A stretch of 64,000 bases of DNA from Monocercomonoides exilis PA203 (Eukaryota; Protista; Preaxostyla), in NCBI GenBank assembly GCA_001643675.2, contig LSRY02000005.1, positions 1 to 64,000 on the forward strand, in the 5' to 3' direction. The translations under genes and the position numbers were made by a program. Each line of letters starts with the position of its first letter. Within the stretch, counting starts at the first letter, position 1. Of this stretch, positions 1-13,515 are shown piece by piece. A model generated the notes under the pieces. That model had not been told where the DNA came from and did not search any database. It saw only the letters and a list, made by a program, of their open reading frames with translations.

Positions 1-1485
1 ACCCTTAACCCTAACCCTAACCCTAACCCTAACCCTAACCCTAACCCTAACCCTAACCCCTAACCCCTAACCCTAACCCTAACCCTAACCCTAACCCTAA
101 CCCTAACCCTAACCCTAACCCTAACCCTAACCCTAACCTAACCCTAACCCTAACCCTAACCCCAACCCTAACCTAACCTAACCTAACCCTAACCCTAACC
201 CTAACCCTAACCCTAACCCCTAACCCTAACCCTAACCCTAACCCTAACCCTAACCTAACCCTAACCCTAACCCTAACCCTAACCCCAACCTAACCCTAAC
301 CCTAACCCTAACCTAACCCTAACCCTAAGTAACCCTAACCCTAACCCTAACCCTAACCCTAACCCTAACCCTAACCCTAACCTAACCCTAACCCTAACCT
401 AACCCTAACCCTAACCCTAACCCTAACCCTAACCCTAACCCTAACCCTAACCCTAACCCCTAACCCCTAACCCTAACCCCTAACCCTAACCCCTAACCTA
501 ACCCTAACCCTAACCCTAACCCTAACCCTAACCCTAACCCTAACCCTAACCCTAACCCTAACCCCTAACCCTAACCCTAACCCCTAACCCTAACCCTAAC
601 CCTAACCCTAACCCTAACCTAACCCTAACCCTAACCCTAACCCTAACCCTAACCTAACCTAACCCTAACCTAACCTAACCTAACCCTAACCCTAACCCTA
701 ACCCTAACCCTAACCCTAACCCTAACCCTAACCCTAACCCTAACCCCTAACCCTAACCCTAACCCTAACCCCTAACCCTAACCCTAACCCTAACCCTAAC
801 CTAACCCTAACCCTAACCCTAACCTAACCCTAACCCTAACCCTAACCCTAACCCTAACCCTAACCTAACCCTAACCCTAACCCTAACCCCTAACCCTAAC
901 CTAACCCTAACCCTAACCTAACCCTAACCTAACCTAACCCTAACCCTAACCTAACCCTAACCCTAACCCTAACCCTAACCCTAACCCTAACCCTAACCCT
1001 AACCCTAACCCTAACCCTAACCCTAACCCTAACCCTAACCCTAACCCTAACCCTAACCCTAACCCTAACCCTAACCCTAACCCTAACCCTAACCCTAACC
1101 CTAACCCTAACCCTAACCTAACCCTAACCCTAACCCTAACCCTAACCCTAACCTAACCCCTAACCTAACCCTAACCCTAACCCTAACCCTAACCCTAACC
1201 CTAACCCTAACCCTAACCCTAACCCTAACCTAACCTAACCCTAACCTAACCCTAACCTAACCCTAACCCTAACCCTAACCCTAACCCTAACCCTAACCCT
1301 AACCTAGTTTGAACCCTAACCCTAACCCTAACCCCTAACCTAACCCTAACCCTAACCCTAACCTAACCCTAACCCTAACCTAACCTAACCCTAACCTAAC
1401 CCTAACCCTAACCCTAACCTAACCTAACCTAACCCTAACCCTAACCCTAACCTAACCTAACCCTAACCCTAACCTAACCCTAACC

Positions 1486-1526
<41 letters not shown>

Positions 1527-2503
1527 CCCTAACCCTAACCCTAACCCTAACCCTAACCCTAACCCTAACCCTAACCCTAACCCTAACCTAACCCTAACCT
1601 AACCCTAACCCTAACCCTAACCCTAACCCTAACCCTAACCCTAACCCTAACCCTAACCCTAACCCTAACCTAACCCTAACCCTAACCCTAACCTTAACCC
1701 TAACCCTAACCCTAACCCTAACCCTAACCCTAACCCTAACCCTAACCCTAACCCTAACCCTAACCCTAACCCTAACCCTAACCTAACCCTAACCCTAACC
1801 CTAACCCTAACCCTAACCCTAACCCTAACCCTAACCCTAACCCTAACCCTAACCCTAACCCTAACCTAACCTAACCCTAACCCTAACCCTAACCCTAACC
1901 CTAACCCTAACCCTAACCCTAACCCTAACCCTAACCCTAACCCTAACCCTAACCCTAACCCCTAACCCTAACCCTAACCCTAACCTAACCCTAACCCTAA
2001 CCCTAACCCTAACCCTAACCCTAACCTAACCTAACCTAACCCTAACCCCTAACCCTAACCCTAACCCTAACCTAACCCTAACCCTAACCCCTAACCCTAA
2101 CCCTAACCCTAACCCTAACCCTAACCCTAACCCTAACCCTAACCCTAACCTAACCCTAACCCTAACCCTAACCCTAACCCTAACCCTAACCCTAACCCTA
2201 ACCCTAACCCTAACCCTAACCCTAACCTAAACCTAACCCTAACCTAACCCTAACCCTAACCCTAACCCTAACCTAACCCCTAACCTAACCCTAACCCTAA
2301 CCTAACCCTGAACCCTAACCCTAACCCTAACCCTAACCCTAACCCTAACCCTAACCCTAACCCTAACCCTAACCCTAACCCTAACCCTAACCCTAACCCT
2401 AACCTAACCCTAACCTAACCTAACCCTAACCCTAACCCTAACCCTAACCCTAACCCTAACCCTAACCCTAACCCTAACCCTAACCTAACCCTAACCTAAC
2501 CTT
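1..2503. repeat. Telomeric array (CCCTAA)n = (TTAGGG)n, left chromosome end
   Basis: Continuous CCCTAA tandem repeat from base 1, C-rich strand on +, with interspersed CCTAA/CCCCTAA variants. Abrupt junction to AT-rich DNA at about 2503. Confidence 0.98.
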
Positions 2504-2749
2504 ATTTATTAATTCTTTATTTTAAAAATGAGTAGATGTTGTTATGTTAGAGATTATTCATTTCTTGAATATCATCCATTTCGAATTTTTGTTGATAATA
2601 TTTATAGTTCGAATAGTTATTTTATGCAATCTGTAATACAAATTATTATATTTCTATTTCTCTTTATTATTCAAAAAATTTAGAAAATTATTTATTTTTC
2701 CATAATTTCTTCATGTTTCATCATTCTTATTTAAGTTATTTTTCATGAT

Positions 2750-5700
2750 GTTTGCATTTCAACTTGAATGAAGCAATTCGAGCATGCACCTTGATCAGCA
2801 TTGTGTAATACACATGAAAGCACACAATGCATTGGCCAGCTACTGAATTTATACTATTACCAATTTGTATCTTTCATCATCAACTTGAAACCATGATTCA
2901 TCAAAGTTTGTTTCACTTAATTGGATATCTTGTTCTATTTCCGTTCCAATATTCCAGGTGACGCATTTGAAGATGTTTCCTTTGTGCATTTTGGTAAATG
3001 AAGCTTCATTCTCCATCAATAGCACTCTATTCTTTTCATTGTTTTATTCAATGCATATTACTCATTCAACCAACATAACTTTGACAATTACAATATATTC
3101 TTCCCTCTCAATAGTGACAAGCTTTACAACTACTTGATCATTTCAATATGCTATTTGTTATTTCCGTGTTGAATAATCGAATTTTCTTTATTGATAATTG
3201 TTTGAAATATGTTTTAAATCAATTGCATAATATTGAAAAATGGTTGCTCAGAAGTTTTCGGAGTGCATTTTTATGTGTAATCAATGAATTACTGAAAATA
3301 AGATATTAGATCAGTTCTTTTCATTCTCGATGAACTAATTTCTTGAACTTTTTTAAATTCTTTTGATCCAAAAGTTTTCTCAAATAACAATTTTGAATAT
3401 CAATTATTTATATCATTTTCTAACCGATGTTATTTCTTGTTTGCGCATTGTTGAACTTTCTTTTTGATCACAAACAAAACAATCAAAAGTTCATTTTTAT
3501 CAAAAGAAATGATATAGATTGATTTGTTTGCCATGATCTTTATTTTCTTTCTTTTGAATTTTGCGATTTTCATTCATTTCAATTAACAAACAATAACAAT
3601 GAACAATTTACTCGTGTTTTTCATTTGTATTTCAAACGATACAACACAATCAAGAAACAAAACCTTTTTGAAAAGAACTGGAAAAAATCATATATTAAAG
3701 TACCTCAGACATAAAATTAAGCTCATAAAAAACTTTCAAAGATCTCTTAATCTTTCGTCTGCTTATCCTCTCGTTGTGTTATTTTTCCATCGTTCTGTTT
3801 ATTCATAAGAAAAGAAAATTATCTTTCTTCACAAATGGAAAAAAATAGGTAAATTCTCATTTCCTTCGTCAACAACTTCATTTTGTCTTTATGATGAAAA
3901 AGAACAAAATTCAACTGATGAAGACTATAAAGAAAGAAGATGAAGAATGAAAGTTAACTTTGATCAACGGTGTTTGTTAAAAACCTTCTTTTCATTCTTC
4001 ATGGTAATTATCTCTTTATTAACAATCATTTAATCTTTTTGGAATGAGTGTTTTTTTCTGCAGCCAAAGCTGAACTTGCTTCGTGCTCAATCTGCCGAAT
4101 GTGATAAAAGTCACTTCGTTCGCTTCTTCCTCAATCACATCAGCTTCCCTCAAACTTCTGCATATTTTGCTCCTTTCCTTTGAATTTCTTGGTTCAGCTT
4201 TCTTCACTATTATCACCGTTAAAACACTTGTCTTCAAAATAACGACGAATGATACTTGCTTCAATTCCATCATATTGCAAATCATTTATAATATGAATCA
4301 CTTCCATCGCTCAACATTTCGGTTCTGTTTCATTCTTCTATCTCTTTAACTTCTTCTCATACTTCCACTCAATCCAAACATTTCATCTCTTAAACAAACT
4401 TTAAATTTCAATCAGATTCTAAATATTTACTTTGTTTTCATCATGAACTCCTTTCGTCTAAAACCTTTCCAAATATATCCAATCAACCTTATCCTCTCTC
4501 CAAGTCCATTCTCTTCAAATTACTTCTTTCATTTGGATGAAAACATTTTCAAATAGTTGTTTAATCCTAATGGAACCAATCCAAAACTTGTTTCTGCTTC
4601 GTTTCATATTTTCTTCAATTCCTAACATGATCCTCTAAAATTGACTCGCATCATGATTGCTTGTTGGCTCCTTCCATCTCAATCATCAAGAAATCTACTG
4701 TACACAGAACATTCCAATCTCCAGCATCCAATTTACAATAGCTTTTTACCAATAAAAAAAGTACAATCGAATAATCACTTTGTTTAAAGCATTTTATGAT
4801 AGAATCTTTCCTTGTAATCCACTTCCACATTTCTTCGCTTCCTCAATTCCTTCTACGCTTCAGGTTTTTATTCCTCTTTGTGGATTACGCTGTTACACAT
4901 GAATATCAACTTGTCTGTAAACATTTTGCTCATATTAACTTTATGACTGTTTTCAGTTGTGCCACATATTGCAGTTCGTTTGGATGCTACGCTCATTCAG
5001 TGCCTTTTTCAAACATCATTGAATTACATTTTGTTTATATGCAATGAAAGCATATTTCAAAAATACGCTATTTGTGATCAGCACGAAGTTCTGCTTGATT
5101 AATGATGAAGCGTCTCGTTCTCGGACATCAAATATAAAAATTGATCAGATATATTTTCTTCATCTTGATCTTCGATCGTTCCTCTTTCTTTATTCGCTTT
5201 TGCAATGTCAATCAGATGAAGGTGAAAATTCCTCAAAGATGAACCATATGATACAAAACGTTGGTGTCAGTTGTGCATTTTCGTTTATAATTCCGAACTA
5301 CATGAAGAAGTGCAACGACAAAAAAATTATGGATGGATTATTTCAGTTGACATCGCACTGCTTGCATCACTGAAACAATTTTCATTGAAGAGCTATCCTT
5401 TATCATTAAACAAAATTCTTCCTTTATCTTTCTTCCCTCTATCATCTTCTTCTATTCTATTTTCCTCGCCCTTTGTTTCCATTTCTCTAATTCTTTTATT
5501 CTTCTTACTGCGCTTCGAATTCGTCTCCCTTTCCATGTGCACTAAATTGATAAACTCAGTTCCTCACAGGCCAAGCACATTGTATTCCAGAAAACGCACC
5601 TTTGACTCCGGTAGTTCTTTCTATTCTTTCTGTTTCTTCTGCTTTTTTTCTAGGTAGTTTATCATTCTCTGCTTTTTTTCAACTTCGTTCATTATTGATG

Positions 5701-6450
5701 AACACTTCGTTGAAGCTAGTAATTTAAGAGAAGTCAAGTTGTTAAAAATTTATGTATCAACATTCTCAAACCTTCAACAGTGTTGAAATCATTTCATCAT
5801 CGAAATTTCTTCAAAAACGAAAGCAGCATCAACAACTTTTGCATCTTTTTTCACATAGAATGAGATTCAAAAGAATTCTGTAATTTCGACAACTCGTTGA
5901 ATTGAGTTGCTGTTGGTGTAACACATCATTGCTGAAGATTTTCATCTGTTACGGATAACTCAAAATGCTTGTACCTTCTCAGCCCAATTTTGTTTGAATA
6001 ACAAATTTTCTTTTCGTTGTCCTGTTTTCCGATTGATCCAAAGGTTAGCGTGCCTCTTTTCAACAAGCACGTTGTGCTGCTTTTCCATTAATCTGCATAG
6101 AAACTTCTCTGATGTCTTTCGTTAAGAATTCGTAACGAAATTTGCCTCAATTGCTAAGATCTTTGATGCCTCACTAATGTCAGATTATGCAAAAGCCTTT
6201 CCAAAACGTTTTTCTCATGTAAACTTTTTTATTTATGTGCAGCTTTGTTAGAAATGCAATTTTCAAGCACATGAATTTGTTAATTTCACAAAAACAATGT
6301 ATTCAGGTCGTTGAGTGCGATCATGAAATATCCAAATCATCCAGTTCGATACTTGCCCAAAACAGATTCAACGTTTCCCCAATACAATAGGATAACCGCT
6401 TATTCCTTTATCCAATGATATTTCACATTTTCTTTTTAAAATCTGTATTA
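2750..6450 (-). pseudogene. Decayed coding remnant(s), possibly a degenerate DNA transposon with protease/zinc-finger pieces
   Basis: The minus strand gives short protein-like stretches broken by stops and frameshifts: RTAICGTTENSHKVN (~4935-4975), FDCFVCDQKE (~3460-3490), ESWFQVDDE (~2875-2900) and a Cys/His cluster HCVLSCVLH..GACSNC (~2770-2835). No intact ORF. Confidence 0.25.
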
Positions 6451-8512
6451 ATTCATCAAAATCATAATAAAAAATTTTTTAATAAAACAGAAAGCAAAAT
6501 GTATCGAATCATACTTCAATAGATTTCGATGTTGTTTGAATGCACAATTTTCTTTCATAAATCCCGTAAAAGTTTCAAACGACTCAAAAAACTTAAAAAA
6601 ATACAAAAATTTGAAAAACTTATAAACAAAAAATCAAACCTTGAGATCATAACGGAAAAATAACGAATAGGCAAAGTACAAAAAAATCAAAATTTTGCGA
6701 TAGTCATATTAGCGTCTTAACGCACCAAAAAAATTTTTTTAATAAAACTCCTCCATTTTTCATCAGTTTCATCGTTGTTGAGAAATTAATATCGCTCCTC
6801 CAAAACAACAAATACTTCACCACATCTTGCCACAATCTATTTTCAACAAAAAAAAGTTGCTCCACCAAAAAGTGCTCTAATTAAAAGTTCAAAATTGAAA
6901 GTGTGAAAATGCAAAAATAAGTTCAATTTTTGCAAACCTCCACAGCACATATAAGCCTGCTTTGTCTGCAGCCAACTTTGAAGCGCAACAAGCAAAACTG
7001 AATGAGTTGACGCAATCGTCAAACTCAAAAAATCACCCACATAAAGGGATGATCAAAATATTTTTCGAAGAAATTCAAATTTTTATTGCAATATTTTTGA
7101 ATTTATTCAAATAATTATAGATATAGATATCATTTTCATTAAGTGTAAATAAGTTATTTGAATAAATATATTCTCAGGTATTTTTGTGATTCATATTCAT
7201 TTTTTCATTTCGCTGAACACAGTCGAACAGAATCTATTTTTTGTTTTCTATATAAAATTCACGAGATTTACACATATTATAGAATAATAAAACGTGTCAA
7301 CTTCATCAAATCATTTTTGATAATTGATGGGAAATTATATGATATTTTGAAATTTTTTAATATTTTTGTTAATATACGCAAATGCAAACATTTCGAAAAA
7401 TAATACCAATGTTTATAATTAATCATGCAATTAATAATTTCTGGTTATTAATAATTTGCGAACTATCTCCATTTATTGAATATTTGAAAAATCAAAATTT
7501 TGACTGAAAAATGAATGAAATTTCTATTATTCATCAAATTATTAATGAAATAAAAAACAACTTTGAAATCAAATATATATTTTGAATACTAACTTATATA
7601 ATAAATGATTATTTGATGATGGCGTAAATAATAATTTGGTTCCGCTTTGTCAAAAATTAAATGTGAACTTTTTTCCTGTAAAAATTTGTTTCAACAAATT
7701 TTTCTTAAATACACAAAAGTGATAAAAATGATACGCAATATCATTTCCTATGAACAATTATGTGAAACATATCCAAAAATAAGCAACAATTTGTATTTCT
7801 TTTCATTACAAAAATACATTAAATTTTTCTGTCATTCACTTTTTTATGGTTCATGAGATATTTCACAATTTATGATTGAAATACAGTACAGTTTCTAAAT
7901 TGCAATGGACTGTGTTTGTATTACAATGAAATGAATACATTGATGTGGGAAATATAGATTTCTATTTCATTCGGATTATTTGTGATTTTAAAAATGTTAT
8001 TTTTTAATGAAAATTTTTAAAAAATGGAAAATTTTGTTTTGAGTGGGAAGTGAATAATAAAAATAATATTGTAAATAGTTAATATAAGAATCATTAATGA
8101 TTATGAATATGATGAATTTTATGTTTTGCAAAAGCTTATAAAAAAAATGATAGTGTATTTTCAGATATCAGAAAATCTAATATTTTATGGGTCACATTTT
8201 AAAATGCGTTTTGTGACGCGAATAAAAAAAAGTGATCGAATCGATAAACATATGTTAAAATACACTCTATATTGAATAGATTCATTATCGATTTTTTAAG
8301 AACTGCACAGTTCATAGCAAAGAAAAATTCAATCAAATAAAAAGTCAAAAATGAAAAAATTTTGAAAAATCAAAAAATAATTAACAGTTAATTTTTCAAA
8401 AAATGAAAGTGAAACAAAATTCATTTCAAGATTATAAGTTCACAAGAATAAAATACACAGCATATTGCAGTAAATAATGCACGTCACTTCCTCTATAAAA
8501 ATTACTTCAACA

Positions 8513-11500
8513 TTACTCGTTATCTTTTTCCCTTGCCAATTTTTGAATGTATTCTAAATCGAGAGGTTGAGAGTCATGGTAATCTCTCATTAAGTCACGA
8601 GCAGTTTGCAAATTGGACCTGCTTTTAATGCTTTTTAATGGATCTCCTGCTTCATTTGCTTTTTTCTGCATTTTCACTATATTTCTTAGTCGATCTCTGC
8701 AAGAATTTTTTGATCGAAGTTGTAATTTTTGTTTTAGATAATCATCGCCCTTTCCATTCAAAAATGCATCCATCAAGATTTCATCTTCCTGTCTTGTCCA
8801 TTTTATTCTTGCTGGGCAATTCATCATTTCATTTCTTTCTCTGACTTCTCTTAATTTCTTTTTCGGTTGAATGTTTGATGTATCAAAAATGATTTCACCA
8901 TCCAAGTATTCATTTATTGTTGAAAGTAATTCTTGACCCAATTGAACAACTCCTCCATCATTTGCGTAAAATTTTTGTAGAATGACTCTTCTTGAAGCCT
9001 TGATATCTGTTTCATTTTTTTCTTTTTTAATTCCTAATTTATCCAAGTAGTTTTTTGAAGCCATTTTGTTGAATTTGATAACCATTGCTCCAGGGTATTT
9101 AAGTCTGCTGCAAGAGAATTTGATAACTTGCAGAACAAAGAAATTGAAACTGTCCAAAATGTCTTCAAACTTCCATTCACTTTGTTTTAATGAGATATTG
9201 TGAAATACTGTTGGATTTGCCAAATCTTCACTGAATGGTTCAGAAGATTCAATTAGCGCATCAGGAAAACCAGTTCGTGTTGCCACAACAGTTCCTCGTT
9301 GTGCATATTTGACATATTCCTTTTCACTTCTTGAATTTTTTTTCCAATTGCCAATATAAGATGCTGTTTCCAACGCACTTTCTTTTAAGATTGGTTTATT
9401 TCCAGTCTTTAAAAGTAAAGAACAAATAAAGCCGGATCTGAATGAATGAAAAGCAAATAAATCTTCTGGATATCCAGCTTGTCTTGCACGTTTCTGTATT
9501 CTAACTCTCATCGCTCCTTTTCTTAACCCCCAAACAAATTCGTTACTCAACTCTCCGAGATTCCAATTATCAAATTGTGTTAGTGATATTCCAAACTCTT
9601 GAACCAAATACTCTTCGAACCACCAAACAAAGTTCAAATTATGTTTGAAGCACAAATCACCTTCTAATGTTACACAATGATCATCACCTCTTGATCCTTT
9701 TCCAAATGCAAGATTAAATGTCACCTTAACGAATGAAGATCCCTCTTTTGCAAAAACTCTCACTATATCCTTCAACTTGACAAACGAACAAGTGTGAGCT
9801 CTGGCTCCGGTTGATAGAGCAAAAATAAAAAGAGAAGCTTCTCTGGGTTTTTCAACAACCCAATCAGGCATTGAGCTCAGAATGATTTCCAAATCGCCAA
9901 CAATCAAAGCCTCTTTTTTGTGAGATCTATTTAGAACACCTCCATATTTATTTGATTCGTTCTTTTCTTTTTCGAACATTTCATCCAAAGCATTATATAT
10001 TTCCATTTTTGCTCTTCTAACAATATGTCTCACATTGTCATCCACAATTTCATTTGTTTTGTACTCAGAAATTTGATATAAGCCAGGGATGACAGATCCA
10101 TTAATTGTTTCCATGGAATATCTCAATGCAATTCCAAGAAACTTGAGAAAACCATAAACAGGTTTCACCTCCAATGGCCAAGCATTGTAACGCATTGAGT
10201 TGCAAAATTGAGTGAACATTTTGTAAACCCAAATATGAGATCGTTCTGATTCCTTTTTATATGGTGCACCCATGTTAACATAAGGAAGAATTGCTTCTCT
10301 GCTATAAGTTCTCAAAGCAGATGATAACGTGGATGGTGCATCATAACAATGACGTGGTGTGTTGAGTGCAGGAACAATGCTTGAATTCGCAGTTTGTGAT
10401 ATTGGTCGATATTCAGTTGTTTCAACATTTCCATATAATTCATTTCGATTAACTTTCACTCGAAACACATCATCCGTTGTTGCAATATCGTTTATTGTTT
10501 TTGGTTTTTCTTTCATCAATAAATATCTTTGTTTTATCAATTGTAAATTTTCTTCTGATTCCAATACAGACTTTCTTTTCATCTTTTCTTGCTTTGAACA
10601 TTTGACTTTAGAAGATTTTGAACGTTTGTTTTTTTCATTTTTCATAATTGTAACTGAAGAATAATTATGTTGAGAAAGCGAACTGGAGTCATCTTCATTT
10701 TCTGCATCATCTGAAGAATAATTGTTGCTGCTCCTTTCACAATTGGTATCATCTTCATTTGATTGAGTATCAAATGAGTTATCTATTTTCTTTTGTAAAC
10801 ATTGTGCATTCTTTTTTGTCTTTTTTGTTTTCTTTCCAATCACTTTTAATAACTTTTCAGTGCAAGCTTGTTTGGCTTTTCTTGGTTGTAAAGTTTCTTG
10901 AGAATTCACATATTCAAATACATCTTTCTCACCAGTAACTTTCAGGTTATCTTTGTTTGATATTTGACTGTTGATTTCTTTCACTTGACTTGTATTCCTC
11001 TTCAAAGCACTTTTCTTTTTTGGCCTTCCTCTTTGTCTCTTCACTTTCATGACTGTTTCATTTTGTTGCTTACTGTTTGCATCACAAATTTCGTCTGAAT
11101 TGTTTGACGAATTCAATACTTCCGGAGATGGAACGTATTCGACAAAACGATTCGATGATAAAGCATCTTTTGAGAGACCATGTAAAGAAACGCATGCAGA
11201 TGCAGAGGGGAAAGGAGCAGTGGAGTATTGATGACCTTCAACGAATTTGTTTGTAATTCTGAAATGTGGAATTTGTTTTGTCTTTTGATCTTTTTCACTT
11301 TCAGAATTTTCTCTCTTGTCTTTTGATTTTGAAAGTGTTACGAGTTTATCCACATATCTGAGATTGGTCCAATCTTCACTGTCTTCATTATCAGTGTGTG
11401 TCAAGGTGTCATTAAACTCGCAAACGTTTGAAGTTGATGTTTCTAATTCGTTGTTGATTTCAACATGATTTTCTTGAGATGTTGTTTCATCAGTGTTATC

Positions 11501-13515
11501 ATCGATTGCTGCTAACTGAGAAACCAAATCATCGATTGAATCATTATCATCATTTGAACTCTCACCTTCCATTTCATACATGAAAGGATTTGAGTAAATA
11601 ATTTCATTTTCAAATGGTAGAGGTGTTGCTGTTGATTGTGTTTGTGAACATGTTTCCGACACAGGAATTGAATTGTCATGGTTGATTTTTCCTTCACTTG
11701 CTTTTTGTTCAACTGTTCTTCCTTTTTTGCAGTTGAGATCCAAGTCTTCTTTTCGTGACAAGAACAACGGTCGAGGATAAATGCTTTTATGAGCATATTG
11801 CCTGACACAATCAAGTGATTTTTGGTCAGGGTAACTGTACAATTGTGTTGAGTTGTAATCAAGCTTGGGAAGTGTGTCATCAGAAGACATATGAAACAAC
11901 CATTCAGTAATCGAAGTGATATTTTGAAAGGAAACTTCTTTTTGTCTTTGTTGCAAACCCAAACTGTCAACCAATGATCTATTTCGTTCAACAGTGATTA
12001 GTGAAGGTGTAGTGATCACGTCATCGTATGAATGGAATTGCACTGTTGTCGAATAGCGTAGGGGAGACAATGGTCTATTCGAATGATGATTAGCAACGGA
12101 TGATGTGTCACTGGCCATAAGTCTATTTTGAGTTGATTGAACAAATGGTAAAGATGAAACTGCACGATCTGAACTTGTCAGAGGTGTCAATGTGTAAAAA
12201 TTGCTGAAGGTGGAAGATTTATTTGCAAAAGCTGGATTTATTGAAGTTTGATGTTTCACAATGTCAATGTGTGATGTTGAAGATTGCATATCTGAAAAGT
12301 TTGCACTGCAGCGTGGAGATTGAGAAGGAGGAACAGACAATGAGAATGGATGGGAATGTGATGTTGTATTGCTATTCGCTTCTTTTCGAATTGGAGATAT
12401 TGATCTCGAACAGTAGTGAGAAAGATTTTTGCATGTCTTCGACTGTTCATCATGGTTATCATTTTCCGTTAATGGTGGTGGAATATCAACTGTTGCATCT
12501 GCTGGTGGAGGAAGGTATGGATTTGGGGAAATGGGTTCTGGTGATGCACTGCTTGATTCTGGAGTTGATGCAGGAGGTTCCCAATGAACTGGAGATAATG
12601 AAGTTGATGGCTGAGAATACGTTGTGAACAATGAAACTGATCTTGTGTCAGGATATAGAGAGATTGAACTTGATGGAGATTGTGAAACATAACACATAGA
12701 TGGTGTTTGTGATGGTGACTCTGAATATCGATAGTTGATAGGTGATATTGATCGTGAGAAATGCTGCATTGAAGAATTTTGACCCAGAACATTATCATCA
12801 TTGGAACTTTGAAATCTGTTCGGATATGGAGAAGCTGAATAATGTCCAGTTGAAGGTGTTTGATATGTGTTCATATCAGAAAACGAATCATTCGAGCATG
12901 AAGTTGATCTTGCGTGAGGATCATGTTGATATGTTGATGGTGGATAACTGAATGCAATTTGGTCAGACGAACGAAATCTTGGTGGTGAAATAGATCTAAA
13001 TGGACGTTGCATTGCTGTCATTTCATTGAAAACATGTTCTGAATCTGGTGTTTGAGCCCGTGGATGTAAAAGTGATGTGTGTATGTTGTTGCTAATTGTT
13101 GGATGTTCATCACTGTTGAACGATTCAGGTAAACGTTGATTTGAAGGAGACATTGAACGAGAAGTCAGATGTTCCCTTTGAGACGGATAACTTGATGACT
13201 GATATTGGCTGTGAACAGACGGACGATATGACGGAGGTGAAAAGAAACCAGGCTGTGATGGTGAATATACTCCTCCAACTTCTGCTTCGACTTTGTTTGA
13301 ACTCTTTTGTCTTCCTCTTCGAATTGCATCGTTTCTTCCTTAAAGAAAAAATAAAATATACATCAACTTCATACAAAGAAATTCAGCGAAAAACACACTT
13401 TTATGACAGAATCCGTAGTTGCTATTGCACAAAGAAAAAGGAAATAAAAATGATTAAAATGAAAATAACAAAGATCAAACATTCGCCTTTGCTCACTTTC
13501 GTTTGAATTGTACAT
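8513..13515 (-). CDS. Tyrosine recombinase (DIRS/Crypton-type YR) with AT-hook and C-terminal Myb/telobox-like domain, ~1,640 aa
   Basis: 1546-aa ORF 8513-13153. Catalytic motifs in order: ALSTGAR (R ~9800), FGKG (~9700), HSFRSG (HxxR ~9437-9448), GNW (~9345), EKEY (Y ~9315). A helical core-binding-like segment precedes them (~10070-10260). AT-hook KRQRGRPKK at ~11015-11045. Myb-like KWTRQEDEIL...RSKNSCRDRLRNI at ~8670-8810. The frame stays open upstream to a TAAG acceptor at 13339; two short GT-AG introns link it to an ATG at 13515 (5' exons inferred). Confidence 0.88.
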
